DNA from: Candidatus Latescibacterota bacterium
GTDB taxonomy: Bacteria; JAAXHH01
Reading direction: 5' to 3'
Assembly: GCA_022822725.1 (NCBI GenBank)
Contig: JAJEAN010000006.1
Coordinates: 105,850-169,849, forward strand
Length of the DNA stretch: 64,000 nucleotides
The notes below the pieces were generated by a model that was not told the DNA's origin, ran no database searches, and saw nothing but the letters and a program-made list of their open reading frames with translations. The stretch's first letter is position 1; each line of letters opens with the position of its first letter. Below, piece by piece: positions 34,091-43,550 of this stretch. Made by a program: the position numbers and the translations under genes.

Positions 34091-35241
34091 CTGCCGCCGT
34101 CCGACTTCAGGATATTCCGCGAGATGACGATCTTCTGGGCTTCGGAGGTGCCTTCGTAGAGGGTGGTGATCCGCGCGTCCCGGTAGAAACGTTCCACGTC
34201 GAAATCGCGGATGTACCCGTAACCGCCGTGGATCTGTATGGCCTCGTTCGTAATCCTTATCGAGGCTTCCGACGCGTACAGCTTGGCCATGGACGACGCC
34301 GTGATGTAGTCCTGCCCGGCGTCCTTGAGCCACGCGGCCTTGTAGGTCATGAGTCGGGCCGCCTCGAGTTCGGTGGCCATTTCCGCCAGCTTGAAGGCGA
34401 TCGCCTGGAACTCGGCGATGGGCTTTCCGAACTGGGTCCGTTCCTTCGCGTACCGCACGGAAGCGTCGTAAGCCCCCTGCGCGATGCCCAGGGCCTGGGC
34501 CGCGATGCCGATGCGGCCGCCGTTCAGAATGGACAGCGCGATGTTCAGGCCTCGACCTTCCTCGCCCAACAGATTAGTCCCAGGCACGCGGCAGTCCTCG
34601 AATAAAAGCTCGCTGGTATCCGATCCCCGGATGCCGAGTTTCTGCTCCTGGCGGCCGACGGTGAATCCCGGGGTTCCTTTCTCCACGAGGACCATGCTCA
34701 GGCCGCGATGGCCCGTACCGGGGGCGGTGGTCACCAGCACGAGGAGGTAGTCGGCGAAACCGCCGTTGGTCACGAAGTGCTTCTTGCCGTTGATGACGTA
34801 TTCCGTGCCGTCCCTGAGCGCCGACGTGACCGTCGAGCCGACGTCCGTCCCGGCGCCGGGTTCGGTCAGCGCGAGACAGGCCTGCGCCTCGCCGCGCCCC
34901 AGGGGCGGCAGCCAGGCCTTCTTCTGGTCTTCGGTCCCGAAGGCGAAGACGCCGTCGGCGAAAAGGGAGTTGTTCACCGAGACGCATACCCCGGTCGACG
35001 CGCAGACCCGCGAGAACTCCTCCACGGCCAGTACGTAACTGAGCGTATCCAGGCCCGCGCCGCCATACGTCTCGGGAATCATCATGGCCATGAAACCCAT
35101 CTCGCCGAGTTCCCGGATCGTATCATAATGCACGGCCTCGCGTTCGTCGATGTCCCGGGCGTGGGGTTTCAGTTTCTCCTCGGCGATCCGCCGGGCGGTG
35201 TCCCGCATCATGGCCTGATCGCCGCTCAAGGCGAATTCCAT
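34084..35241 (-). CDS. Acyl-CoA dehydrogenase (short/medium-chain type)
   Basis: Full-length ACAD pattern (LTEPGAGTDVGS, GKKHFVTNG, QIHGGYGYIRDFDVERFYRDARITTLYEGTSE). Confidence 0.9.
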   Translation of the reverse strand: MEFALSGDQAMMRDTARRIAEEKLKPHARDIDEREAVHYDTIRELGEMGFMAMMIPETYGGAGLDTLSYVLAVEEFSRVCASTGVCVSVNNSLFADGVFAFGTEDQKKAWLPPLGRGEAQACLALTEPGAGTDVGSTVTSALRDGTEYVINGKKHFVTNGGFADYLLVLVTTAPGTGHRGLSMVLVEKGTPGFTVGRQEQKLGIRGSDTSELLFEDCRVPGTNLLGEEGRGLNIALSILNGGRIGIAAQALGIAQGAYDASVRYAKERTQFGKPIAEFQAIAFKLAEMATELEAARLMTYKAAWLKDAGQDYITASSMAKLYASEASIRITNEAIQIHGGYGYIRDFDVERFYRDARITTLYEGTSEAQKIVISRNILKSDGGRS

Positions 35242-35254
35242 CGGTCCTCCCTCT

Positions 35255-36529
35255 TCAGTTCACGCCGAGCAACCGGGATGTGGTGACCGCCATGACCTCG
35301 CAGCTCCGGACGAGATGCTCGATCTCACAGTATTCATCCGGCTGGTGGGCGAGATGCAGCAGTCCGGGGCCGTAGGCGATGCACTGCTTCACCCGGCCGG
35401 TGTTGTGGACGTGCTTGTGGTCGTAGGTGCCGGGACTGGCCACGTATTCCGCCGGCGTGCCGGTCAGATCCTCGATCGCACAGGCGGCCGTACCGACCAG
35501 TTCGGCGTCCGGGTCGGTCTCGACCGGGCGAACGACCATCAGGTCGGTGAGCTCCGCTTTGAAATCGGGGTCCTCGGCGGACAGATCGGCGATCATGGCC
35601 ACGATTTCTTCTTTGACGTCGTCGAAGGGTTCCTCTTTCAGGAAACGCCGGTCGAAGATGGCGGAGCACCGGTCTGCCACGCAGGGCGAACCCACGTTTC
35701 CGTCCGTCTGCCCGCCGGTAATGCCGTTGACGTTGATCGTGGCGCGGCGCGCTTCAGGGGGGTCCACGGGCATGTCTGTTTTCCGGGTGCGCAGCACCGG
35801 CGCGAGGTCCAGTTCGACCCGGCGCAGGAAACGCTCCATCTGGCTGATGGCGCTTACGCCCAGAAACGGCATGCTGCCGTGGGCGGTCCGGCCGACGGTG
35901 TCGACCCGGAACCAGTAGACCCCGCGGTGACCGAGGCAGATGCGTCCCGGTCCGAAGGGTTCCGGGATGATCACATGCGAGGTCCGTTCCGGGGAAATGA
36001 GGCCCTCGCGGGCAAGATAGTCCATGCCGGCGAACCCGCCGGTTTCCTCGTCGACCGTCGCACTGAACTCGAGACTGCCGCGCAACGAGACGCCCGCCTC
36101 CCGCAACGCGGCCGCCGCGAAGAGCGCCGCGGCGATACCTCCCTTCATGTCGCACGCGCCACGGCCGTATATCCTGCCGTCCTTCACCTCTCCCCCGAAG
36201 GGATCGACCGTCCAGTGCGCTCCCGCCGGAACCACGTCGGTGTGGCCGTTGAAGTGCAGCGTGGGCATCGGCGACCGGCCGGGTAGCCGGCCCACGACGT
36301 TGACCCGGGGGTATTCCTCGGAATGGTCCGGATGATCTGCGGCGGTTACGTATCGGGTTTCGAAGCCCAGCGCACACAACCGGTCGCCCACGAGCCGGGC
36401 ACAGTCCACGTATCCATCACCGGGAGGATTCACGGAGGGTATCCGGATAAATTCTCGCAAAAACCCGATCATGTCGTCGCGGAGGACACGAACCTGTTCC
36501 ACGATGCGCTGTTCGAGCGGGGTTATCAT
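35255..36529 (-). CDS. M20-family metallohydrolase (ArgE/DapE-like deacylase)
   Basis: FNGHTDVVP, GRGACDMKGG, and DEETGG metal and catalytic motifs. Confidence 0.8.
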   Translation of the reverse strand: MITPLEQRIVEQVRVLRDDMIGFLREFIRIPSVNPPGDGYVDCARLVGDRLCALGFETRYVTAADHPDHSEEYPRVNVVGRLPGRSPMPTLHFNGHTDVVPAGAHWTVDPFGGEVKDGRIYGRGACDMKGGIAAALFAAAALREAGVSLRGSLEFSATVDEETGGFAGMDYLAREGLISPERTSHVIIPEPFGPGRICLGHRGVYWFRVDTVGRTAHGSMPFLGVSAISQMERFLRRVELDLAPVLRTRKTDMPVDPPEARRATINVNGITGGQTDGNVGSPCVADRCSAIFDRRFLKEEPFDDVKEEIVAMIADLSAEDPDFKAELTDLMVVRPVETDPDAELVGTAACAIEDLTGTPAEYVASPGTYDHKHVHNTGRVKQCIAYGPGLLHLAHQPDEYCEIEHLVRSCEVMAVTTSRLLGVN

Positions 36530-36638
36530 GGGCTTGCGTGGGAGACCGGCGCCGCGGCGCCGATGGGTGGCGAAGCGCTGATCGGGACCTTGCCCTGGCG
36601 GACCAGAGCGCCAGGTCAGCCTGGTCCCGGAAGCCAGG

Positions 36639-37634
36639 TCAGCCGGCGTCTTCCATCTCGTCGTAGAATCTGGCCATACTGCCCCGTTCCTTCGCCGCGT
36701 TGAACCGCATGCCCGACCGGGGATGCTGGTTCATCAGGCCCGTGATCATGTAGGGAATGTCGAACCCCCACATCAGTTCGGCCCGCATCGGCTCGACGTG
36801 GTACTGTATGCAGTCCAGCAGGGGACGCAGGCGGAACTTCGGGTTGTGCAGGAATCCCACGATCAGTTCCATGGGGCAATTGCCGGCGCCGCGGCCGAGA
36901 CCGGCGAGGCTGGCGTCCAGGTAGTTCGCCCCGCGGATCAGCGCCTGTATCGTGTTGGCGAAGGCCAGTTGCTGGTTGTTGTGGGCGTGGATGCCCACTT
37001 CCTTGTCGGTGGATTGCAGGACATTCAGGAACTTGTCCACGAGCGCTTCGATCTGTTCGCTGTAAAGGGCGCCGAAGCTGTCCACCACGTAGATGGCGCC
37101 CACCGGCGATTCGACGAGCATGGAAAGCGCCTCGTCCATTTCGCTTTCCGGAACCGTCGACGCCGCCATGAGGTTCAGCGTGGTCTCGTAGCCCTTCTCG
37201 TGGGCGTCCCGGATCATGTCCAGTGCCAGCGGAATCTGGTGGATGTAGGTGGCGATCCGGATCATGTCCAGCACACTGTCCTCGGCAGGCAGGATATCGG
37301 TCTTGTAGTCCGATTTCTCCGCGTCGGCCATCGCCGCCAGTTTGACAGGTGAGTCGTTACTGCCCACGACATCGCGGATGTCCTCTTCGGCGCAGAACTT
37401 CCAGGGTCCGTGTTCATCGGGGGAGAAGATCTGCCGCGAGTTGATATAACCGATTTCCATGTAGTCGATCCCGCCGGCGACGCAGGCCTGGTACACCGCC
37501 TTGACGGTATCCGCGTCGAAACGGTGGTCGTTCATCAGGCCGCCGTCCCGAATGGTACAGTCGATGAGCTTGATTTCCGGCCGGTAGGTCAGCCACTTTC
37601 GCGTGGGTGCTTCGTTGAGTGCCGATTGGTCCAT
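36639..37634 (-). CDS. DRE-TIM metallolyase (HMGL-like / 4-hydroxy-2-oxovalerate aldolase family)
   Basis: IDCTIRDGG, VGIHAHNNQQLAFANT, and DASLAGLGRGAGNCPME. The start at 37634 (MDQSAL) is uncertain, and upstream in-frame ATGs exist. Confidence 0.7.
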   Translation of the reverse strand: MDQSALNEAPTRKWLTYRPEIKLIDCTIRDGGLMNDHRFDADTVKAVYQACVAGGIDYMEIGYINSRQIFSPDEHGPWKFCAEEDIRDVVGSNDSPVKLAAMADAEKSDYKTDILPAEDSVLDMIRIATYIHQIPLALDMIRDAHEKGYETTLNLMAASTVPESEMDEALSMLVESPVGAIYVVDSFGALYSEQIEALVDKFLNVLQSTDKEVGIHAHNNQQLAFANTIQALIRGANYLDASLAGLGRGAGNCPMELIVGFLHNPKFRLRPLLDCIQYHVEPMRAELMWGFDIPYMITGLMNQHPRSGMRFNAAKERGSMARFYDEMEDAG

Positions 37635-37802
37635 GATTCCGTTTACTTCACTCCTGTAAATTGCCTGTATATCGGTGAATCCGCTTTTCATCCCATTGAA
37701 GCCGGGAAACCCGGCGCAAATGCCGCGACAGAACATACACGACACCCCAGGCGGGGACAAGGTATTTCAGGGAACGCGGCGTCGAGCGGATCTGGGTACC
37801 AC

Positions 37803-37882
37803 CAGATACGGCCGGGTGCGGCCAGATGCGGCCGGGTGCGGCCGGATTCAGCCGGACGTGACCGGGCATGGCCACGCGTGAC
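37803..37882. repeat. 20-bp tandem repeat (2 near-identical plus 2 degenerate units) in the aldolase/map divergent spacer
   Basis: cagatacggccgggtgcggc / cagatgcggccgggtgcggc / cggattcagccggacgtgac / cgggcatggccacgcgtgac. Confidence 0.8.
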
Positions 37883-37901
37883 CGTGACCTCGGTATTGCC
37901 C

Positions 37902-37929
37902 TTGACTAATCCGCCTTCCCGCTTATTAT
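37902..37929 (+). promoter_or_regulatory. Candidate sigma70-type promoter of map
   Basis: TTGACT-16 nt-TATTAT, about 90 nt upstream of the ATG at 38022. Confidence 0.5.
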
Positions 37930-38021
37930 GCAAAGGGCGATTCGGGCCGCGCCAGTCAAGCGCATGCCCGGATGCGCCGGGTAATTGACGATTGCGGACC
38001 GGATTTCGTGTGGCAACGGCT

Positions 38022-38822
38022 ATGGGTATCATTCTCAAAACCGAAGAGCAGATCGAGACCATCCGCCGCAGCGGCCAGGCCGCGACCGCGACGCTGCAGC
38101 GCATGGGAGAAGCCGTCAGGCCGGGCATCGCGACCTCCGAACTGGACAGGATCGCCCGTAAGATGATCAGGGACTTCGGCGGCACATCCTCTTTCCTCGG
38201 ATACCGGCCCAGTTACCATCCGCCCTTTCCCGCCGCGATCTGCGCGTCCATCAACGATGAGATCGTGCACGGCATCCCCAGTCCGCAACGCAAGGTCGAG
38301 GAGGGGGACATTCTCAGCCTCGATTTCGCCATGATCATCGACGGGTACCACGGAGATACGGCCTTCACCTTCCCGGTCGGCCGCATTTCGCCGCAGGCGC
38401 AGCAGTTGCTGGACGTCACGCGGGCATCGGTATTCAAGGGGATCGAGGAAGCGAAACCGGGAAACCGCATCGGCGACATCGGACACGCGGTGCAGCAATA
38501 CGCGGAATCTCACGGATACTCGGTGGTGCGGGACCTGTGCGGACACGGGATCGGCCGCAGCCTCTGGGAGGAGCCGCAGGTCCCCAATCACGGCAGGCCG
38601 CAACGCGGCATCCGGTTAAGACCGGGCATGGTCATCGCCATCGAGCCCATGGTGTGCGCGGGCGCGCACCGGATCCGTCTTCTCGACGACGAATGGACGA
38701 CCTCCACGGCCGACGGACGGCTGTCCGCCCATTTCGAGCACACGGTAGCGATCCTGTCCGACGGTCCCGAGATCCTGACGGAAAACACCGAGCTCTGGGG
38801 TTCCAACGGCCTGCCGGGATGA
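38022..38822 (+). CDS. map: Methionine aminopeptidase type I
   Basis: MGIILKTEEQIE..., metal ligands in DFAMIIDGYHGD, GHGIG, IEPM and EHT. Confidence 0.95.
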   Translation: MGIILKTEEQIETIRRSGQAATATLQRMGEAVRPGIATSELDRIARKMIRDFGGTSSFLGYRPSYHPPFPAAICASINDEIVHGIPSPQRKVEEGDILSLDFAMIIDGYHGDTAFTFPVGRISPQAQQLLDVTRASVFKGIEEAKPGNRIGDIGHAVQQYAESHGYSVVRDLCGHGIGRSLWEEPQVPNHGRPQRGIRLRPGMVIAIEPMVCAGAHRIRLLDDEWTTSTADGRLSAHFEHTVAILSDGPEILTENTELWGSNGLPG

Positions 38823-38845
38823 CGCAGGAATCACCGACGCGGGAA

Positions 38846-41800
38846 TCAACACAGGTCTTTCAACACCGCGTACCGCCGCGCTTCGTCTCTCGACCCGGCC
38901 AGGACCAGGTAAGCGGTTTCCTCGCTGACACCACGGGCGGGCAACTCATGATCCCGCATCTGCTTCAGGTGACCCCCGTCATCGCCCCAACTGTCCATCC
39001 GGACTCCGTTCCCCGTCGAAACCATCACGAATGTCCGCCCGGTGCGCGGGTTGGCAGCGGCGGCCCAGTGTCCACCATCCTGTTCGACATACCACGGGCG
39101 CCGCTTGCGCTCGCTGTCCGATGAAAACAGTACGGTGTCGTCCATCTCGCCGTCGGGCTTCAGGAACAGGTGCCATCCGCCCCTCAGCCGCCGGTGCGCG
39201 TCACTTTCGTTCAGCAGCCTCCAGACCAGTTTGATTACCAGTCCGCCCCCCAGGGTCAGGGTATCGAGTTCCAGGACCAGGCCGCGGGACGCCTTCCCGG
39301 TCAACACCGCCCGTTGGCGCAAGCCCGTCCAATCAAGGCCCCGGGCGCGATAGGAGACGGGCTCCGCGGCGAACGTCTCGTCTTCGAGAGACGCCGTCCA
39401 GGACAGGCGGTCCAATACGATCTCGGGCTGCAGCCCGCCATACCAGGGGTAACTCCATCCGAAGGCCCCGGGTTCGGGGAAGGCGGAAGCCAGGTGATTG
39501 CATTCGCCGCCGGCATCCCGGATGGCGCTCACGGTTCCGAGGAAGGAGGGGGCCACGTCGATTTCGAGCCGCTGGTTTCGAATGGTATACACCCTGTGGC
39601 CGTCGGATTCGACCTCGTCGATTTCCACGGCCGATCCGTCCGTCAGCCGGACGAGGGGAAACTCGACCTTCGCGCCGCGCTCTCCGCTGTCCAGCACCAT
39701 GCGACCGGTGTAGACACCGGGCGGCCGGGACGTGGCAAGCCGCACCGAACCCTCGAATGGTTGCCGCCAGTCGATCTCGGAGAACGATACCCACGGCGGG
39801 TCGCATCGCCAGCCGTCGGGCATGACGAAGTGCACGGTCCCGCTGGCCTTCCGGGACTTCCACTGCGCGATCCGGAAACGGATGTCGGTCCCGTCTCCGC
39901 TGACCACGGCAACGGAAGGATCGGTCGACGCCTCGAATTCATCCAGGATCCGCGGCGCAGGCTCGCCGTCTCTGACCTGTTCCCCCCGGATATGGCGCCA
40001 TAACCGGCGAGCGCCTTGCCAGCCGCCGTCCCCGACGCGCAGTCTCAGGGCGCCGAAGGATACACGGGACTGGGGCGCACAGGTCGTCTCCGCGCTCACC
40101 GACTGGAATTCGAACCCGTTCCATTCGACCTCGTCCAGGCCGCTGGGCCACAGGACCCCCATCGTTCCATGGGGCATTTCGAAGGCGCCCCACGACTCCG
40201 CGTAGCTGGCGCCTGTCTTGAAATCGCGGTCGTCCGGCACGGTCCGCTCGCTGCAACGGGCCTTGAGTATCCCTTCCCGCAGCGGCAGCGCCAGCGTCGC
40301 CTGGTCCGGCCCCTCGTTCGTGACGAACTGGTAGAGACGGGAGGAGCGCGGGTCAAAGCCGGTATTCTCCAGCGTGTGCTCCACGGTGATGACCGGCCCG
40401 GCGTTCAATCGGATGATCCGGCTGAAGACGAGGCCGGGGGTCTTCCGGGGCGCGTAGGTCGCCGTGAGGACCACGCAGTGCCCGTCCCCTTCGGCTTTCA
40501 GCTTGAAGTCCGACTCGCTGTATTCGCTGGGCCATTTCGGTGGTATGGGACGGCCGCCTTCCGTGCCCAGGTGCCTCCCGGTGGCCCGGTCGCTGATCTT
40601 CAACTGGCCGCCCTCGGTCTCCAGTTTGGCCCGGAATATCTCGTTCTCGAACCTCACCGCGCCGTCCTGGTGGTACAGCATCCCGCCCGGCGCCAAAGCG
40701 AAGACGGCGTGTTTCGCGTCCGCCAGGTCGACCGGTTTGCCCTCCCGTTCCAGGCGGCCCGACAGGGTCAGTTCGAACACGCCCGGGCGGTCCGCCTCGA
40801 GGACGGTTTCGAATTCTCCGTATCCCCGGCCAGGCACCGTCACGGATCGTGCGCTCCGGTCCACTGAAAGGCCGTCCGATGCCGTGACGCGGACCTGCGC
40901 TTCCACGTCTTCGGCCAACTGGCTGTGGAGGGTTACGCGCACCGGCCGCGGTGCGCCGGGGGCCAGAGTGATCTCCCCGGGATCAATGGAAAGGGACATC
41001 TCGACCCGCGGCCGGATACCGGTGGCGAGGTCGATGGGTACATCGTCCCAACGTATGCCGGTGCGCACCCGCGGCGCGGTTTTCTTCACGTCCACGGATT
41101 TGGCTTTGGCCGACACGCTCACCGGCGCTTCGAGGGTGACCGTCTCGCCGGGTTCCAACGTCTTCCGGCAGTGGTAGTCGATGGACAGGTCGCCTGTCTC
41201 TTTCGCCGTCAACGCGACGTCGGCCGGCACGTCCTTCCGGTTCTCCAGTTTCCACCGAAGGACCGTCTGTCCGCCCCGCACCGGCTCGATGTCGTCCACC
41301 GTCGCCCAGGTCGACAACTCAGCTGTGTCCACCGCGGTCACGTGCCGGGCTTCGCGGTCCACCCGGACCGTCAGTTCGTCCCGGTCACCGGCAGTAAACC
41401 GGTAGGTAAAAACCCGCAGCCCTTCCCAGGTTTCGTCGTCGGGCCGCTGGTCGATCCGCCGTTCCAGCGACGCGTACCAGTCGTGCCGGTCGAAGAAGTA
41501 CCGCGTACAGGGCATTTTCAGGATCGCGGGCATGTAGTTGCGCATCAACGGCCAGCCTCCGGCGTCCCAGAAGAAACCCGTCCGCTTGTAAGGCGCCATC
41601 GCCTTAATGTTCCCCGACCAGGTATCGAGGTCGAGGTGGTACTTCTTGTCCTCGATGGCCATCTCCACCGAACGGACGAGCAACCGCCGGCCGATGCTCC
41701 TGCCCTGGAAGCGCGGAGAGACGTTCAACAGCGCGAGGTAGAGAGCCTCGCTGTCGTCCTTGTCGTATACCAGGGAACAGTACCCGCCGATCTTCTCCCC

Positions 41801-41992
41801 TTCGGCCCAGACGAAGACCGCGGTGTATTCCAACTTTTCGTGCCAGTCCCGGATGTCCCGCGCCGCCGTGGGCACGCCGCTGTTCCAGGTACCGGGCCAC
41901 TCGCCGTCGCTTTCGTTCCACATTTCGGCGATCGCGGCGGCATCCCGCACCGGGTCGATCAGCCGCAAATTGGCTTGTTCCGCCATCGTCAT
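38846..41992 (-). CDS. Large fusion: N-terminal GNAT N-acetyltransferase domain + about 880-aa beta-rich region of unknown function
   Basis: The GNAT acetyl-CoA motif is in VSPRFQGRSIGRRLLVRSVE. The remainder has no motif I can name with confidence. Two segments resemble starts of galactose-mutarotase-like modules (VRFENEIFRAKLETEGGQLKISD; YTIRNQRLEIDVAPSFLGTVSAIRD). The start overlaps the sulfatase stop (ATGA). Confidence 0.6.
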   Translation of the reverse strand: MTMAEQANLRLIDPVRDAAAIAEMWNESDGEWPGTWNSGVPTAARDIRDWHEKLEYTAVFVWAEGEKIGGYCSLVYDKDDSEALYLALLNVSPRFQGRSIGRRLLVRSVEMAIEDKKYHLDLDTWSGNIKAMAPYKRTGFFWDAGGWPLMRNYMPAILKMPCTRYFFDRHDWYASLERRIDQRPDDETWEGLRVFTYRFTAGDRDELTVRVDREARHVTAVDTAELSTWATVDDIEPVRGGQTVLRWKLENRKDVPADVALTAKETGDLSIDYHCRKTLEPGETVTLEAPVSVSAKAKSVDVKKTAPRVRTGIRWDDVPIDLATGIRPRVEMSLSIDPGEITLAPGAPRPVRVTLHSQLAEDVEAQVRVTASDGLSVDRSARSVTVPGRGYGEFETVLEADRPGVFELTLSGRLEREGKPVDLADAKHAVFALAPGGMLYHQDGAVRFENEIFRAKLETEGGQLKISDRATGRHLGTEGGRPIPPKWPSEYSESDFKLKAEGDGHCVVLTATYAPRKTPGLVFSRIIRLNAGPVITVEHTLENTGFDPRSSRLYQFVTNEGPDQATLALPLREGILKARCSERTVPDDRDFKTGASYAESWGAFEMPHGTMGVLWPSGLDEVEWNGFEFQSVSAETTCAPQSRVSFGALRLRVGDGGWQGARRLWRHIRGEQVRDGEPAPRILDEFEASTDPSVAVVSGDGTDIRFRIAQWKSRKASGTVHFVMPDGWRCDPPWVSFSEIDWRQPFEGSVRLATSRPPGVYTGRMVLDSGERGAKVEFPLVRLTDGSAVEIDEVESDGHRVYTIRNQRLEIDVAPSFLGTVSAIRDAGGECNHLASAFPEPGAFGWSYPWYGGLQPEIVLDRLSWTASLEDETFAAEPVSYRARGLDWTGLRQRAVLTGKASRGLVLELDTLTLGGGLVIKLVWRLLNESDAHRRLRGGWHLFLKPDGEMDDTVLFSSDSERKRRPWYVEQDGGHWAAAANPRTGRTFVMVSTGNGVRMDSWGDDGGHLKQMRDHELPARGVSEETAYLVLAGSRDEARRYAVLKDLC

Positions 41993-43416
41993 CTCCTCAC
42001 CATCTTCTTACCGTCTAAGTTGGTCCCGCCATGGTCCGGACTACCGGGTCGACCGGGCGGGGGAACCGCCGTCTCGTAGTGTACTGCCCCGGTCTCGTTT
42101 ACTTCGTAGCCGAACCGTTCAAGGTAATGGCCAGCCGGAAGCAGCGCGTCGCCCCGCCGGTCCATCTCCCGCTGCAACCGGCCGTCCATCCGGCGCTGCA
42201 GTTCGGCATGTTCTTCCCGGCCGGCCAGGTTGGACAGCTGGCAGGGGTCCTCCCGGTTGTCGTACAGCAGCCAGGGACCGTCGAGATTGCGTACATAGGT
42301 GTGCCCGGAGGTCCGGATTCCCCGCCAGGGCTGGCCCCGGTATTCCGAGAAGGGCGCGATGCTCATGATATAGCCGGCATCGTTGCCCGCAAAAGCCTCG
42401 CCCCGCACTGCCGGGGCGTGGTCCCGGCCCTCGCAGGAACCGGGGACGGGAATGCCCGCCAGGCCGAGCAGCGTCGGCATGATGTCCACCACGTTGAAGG
42501 GGGTGCCGATCCGAAGCCCCGCGTGTGCCTGGTCCGGGCAACGCATGACGAAGGGTACGCGGATGGACTCATCCCAGGGGTGCTGCTTGCGCTGCCGGCC
42601 CTGCGACCCGAGCATGTCGCCGTGGTCCGAAGTATAGACGAATACCGTCTCGTCCAACAGTCCCTGTTCTTCCAGGACGCCGCCGAGTCGCGCCAATTGG
42701 TCGTCGAGTGCCGTGATATGCGCATAGTAACCCGCCAGTTCGTCCCGGGCAGGATCGGGACAATTGGGACGCACCTCCACTTCCTCCGGCGGATATTGGT
42801 CGAGGTAGCGGCCTGGTACGGCTTCGTAGGGATTATGCGGCGGCCCCCAGGAAAGCACCAGCGCGAAGGGCCGGTCCCGATTGCGGTTCCGACTCGGGGC
42901 GCGGTTCCGGGCGCGAATGTACTCTATGGCCAGGGAAGTCTGTGCCTCCGCATCGTACCCGTTCCAGTACAGTGGCGCCTCCGAATCCCGGTAATACAGG
43001 GAGTGCATGTAGTCGTGGGTGCAGTTGCCCACGGCCCAGAAATCGAAGCCCTGCCTGCGGGGGCCGGGCGGCGTGAATCCGCCCCTTGACGGGCCATCGA
43101 GATGCCATTTCCCAATGTAGGCCGTGTCGTAGCCGGCCGCGCGCAGGACCGTACCAAGGGTCGGCCGGTCCGCCGGAAGCCGCACGTCGTTCAAAAACAT
43201 GCCGGTCGTCAATGGATACTGTCCGGTCAGAAAGGCCGCCCGCCAGGGGGTACAGACCGGGATGTTGGAGACTGCCAGGTCGAAGACGACGCCCTCGTCG
43301 GCCATGCCATCCATGTAAGGCGTCCGCACCTGGCGGCTGCCGCCGAAGCCGGTGCTGCACCACCGATGCTGATCGCTGAATACGAACACGATATTCCTGG
43401 CGCGGTGCCCGGACAT
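41989..43416 (-). CDS. Sulfatase (formylglycine-dependent, Cys-type)
   Basis: NIVFVFSDQH, CxPxR in IPVCTPWRAAFLTGQYP, GKWHL, and TSDHGDMLG. Confidence 0.85.
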   Translation of the reverse strand: MSGHRARNIVFVFSDQHRWCSTGFGGSRQVRTPYMDGMADEGVVFDLAVSNIPVCTPWRAAFLTGQYPLTTGMFLNDVRLPADRPTLGTVLRAAGYDTAYIGKWHLDGPSRGGFTPPGPRRQGFDFWAVGNCTHDYMHSLYYRDSEAPLYWNGYDAEAQTSLAIEYIRARNRAPSRNRNRDRPFALVLSWGPPHNPYEAVPGRYLDQYPPEEVEVRPNCPDPARDELAGYYAHITALDDQLARLGGVLEEQGLLDETVFVYTSDHGDMLGSQGRQRKQHPWDESIRVPFVMRCPDQAHAGLRIGTPFNVVDIMPTLLGLAGIPVPGSCEGRDHAPAVRGEAFAGNDAGYIMSIAPFSEYRGQPWRGIRTSGHTYVRNLDGPWLLYDNREDPCQLSNLAGREEHAELQRRMDGRLQREMDRRGDALLPAGHYLERFGYEVNETGAVHYETAVPPPGRPGSPDHGGTNLDGKKMVRR

Positions 43417-43468
43417 GGATAGAGGTCTCCAAATTACGTTCTTATGTTGCCCGGCCGAGTCCGACCGG

Positions 43469-43550
43469 TCCGTTCAGGTCACCCGGGCGGTGCGTTCCGG
43501 TCATCCGGACCGCACTTTCAAGTCAACCGGTCCGCACTTTCAGGTCACCC
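43469..43550. repeat. Degenerate tandem repeats reiterating the 3' end of the DUF4202 gene, including its stop codon
   Basis: ccgcactttcaggtcaccc contains the stop tca at 43540. Related copies are ccgcactttcaagtcaacc (43510-43528) and ccgttcaggtcacccgg (43469-43485). Confidence 0.75.

Noticed and set aside
36590-36650. An SRP-RNA-like string (CCAGGTCAGCC...GGTCCCGGAAGCC) that recalls the 4.5S RNA domain IV.
   Set aside because: The GGAA tetraloop lacks the closing pairs and the conserved AGCAGCC/symmetric-loop context. The region is better explained as a duplicated GCCAGGTCAGCC motif or hairpin after the aldolase gene. An Infernal scan would settle it.
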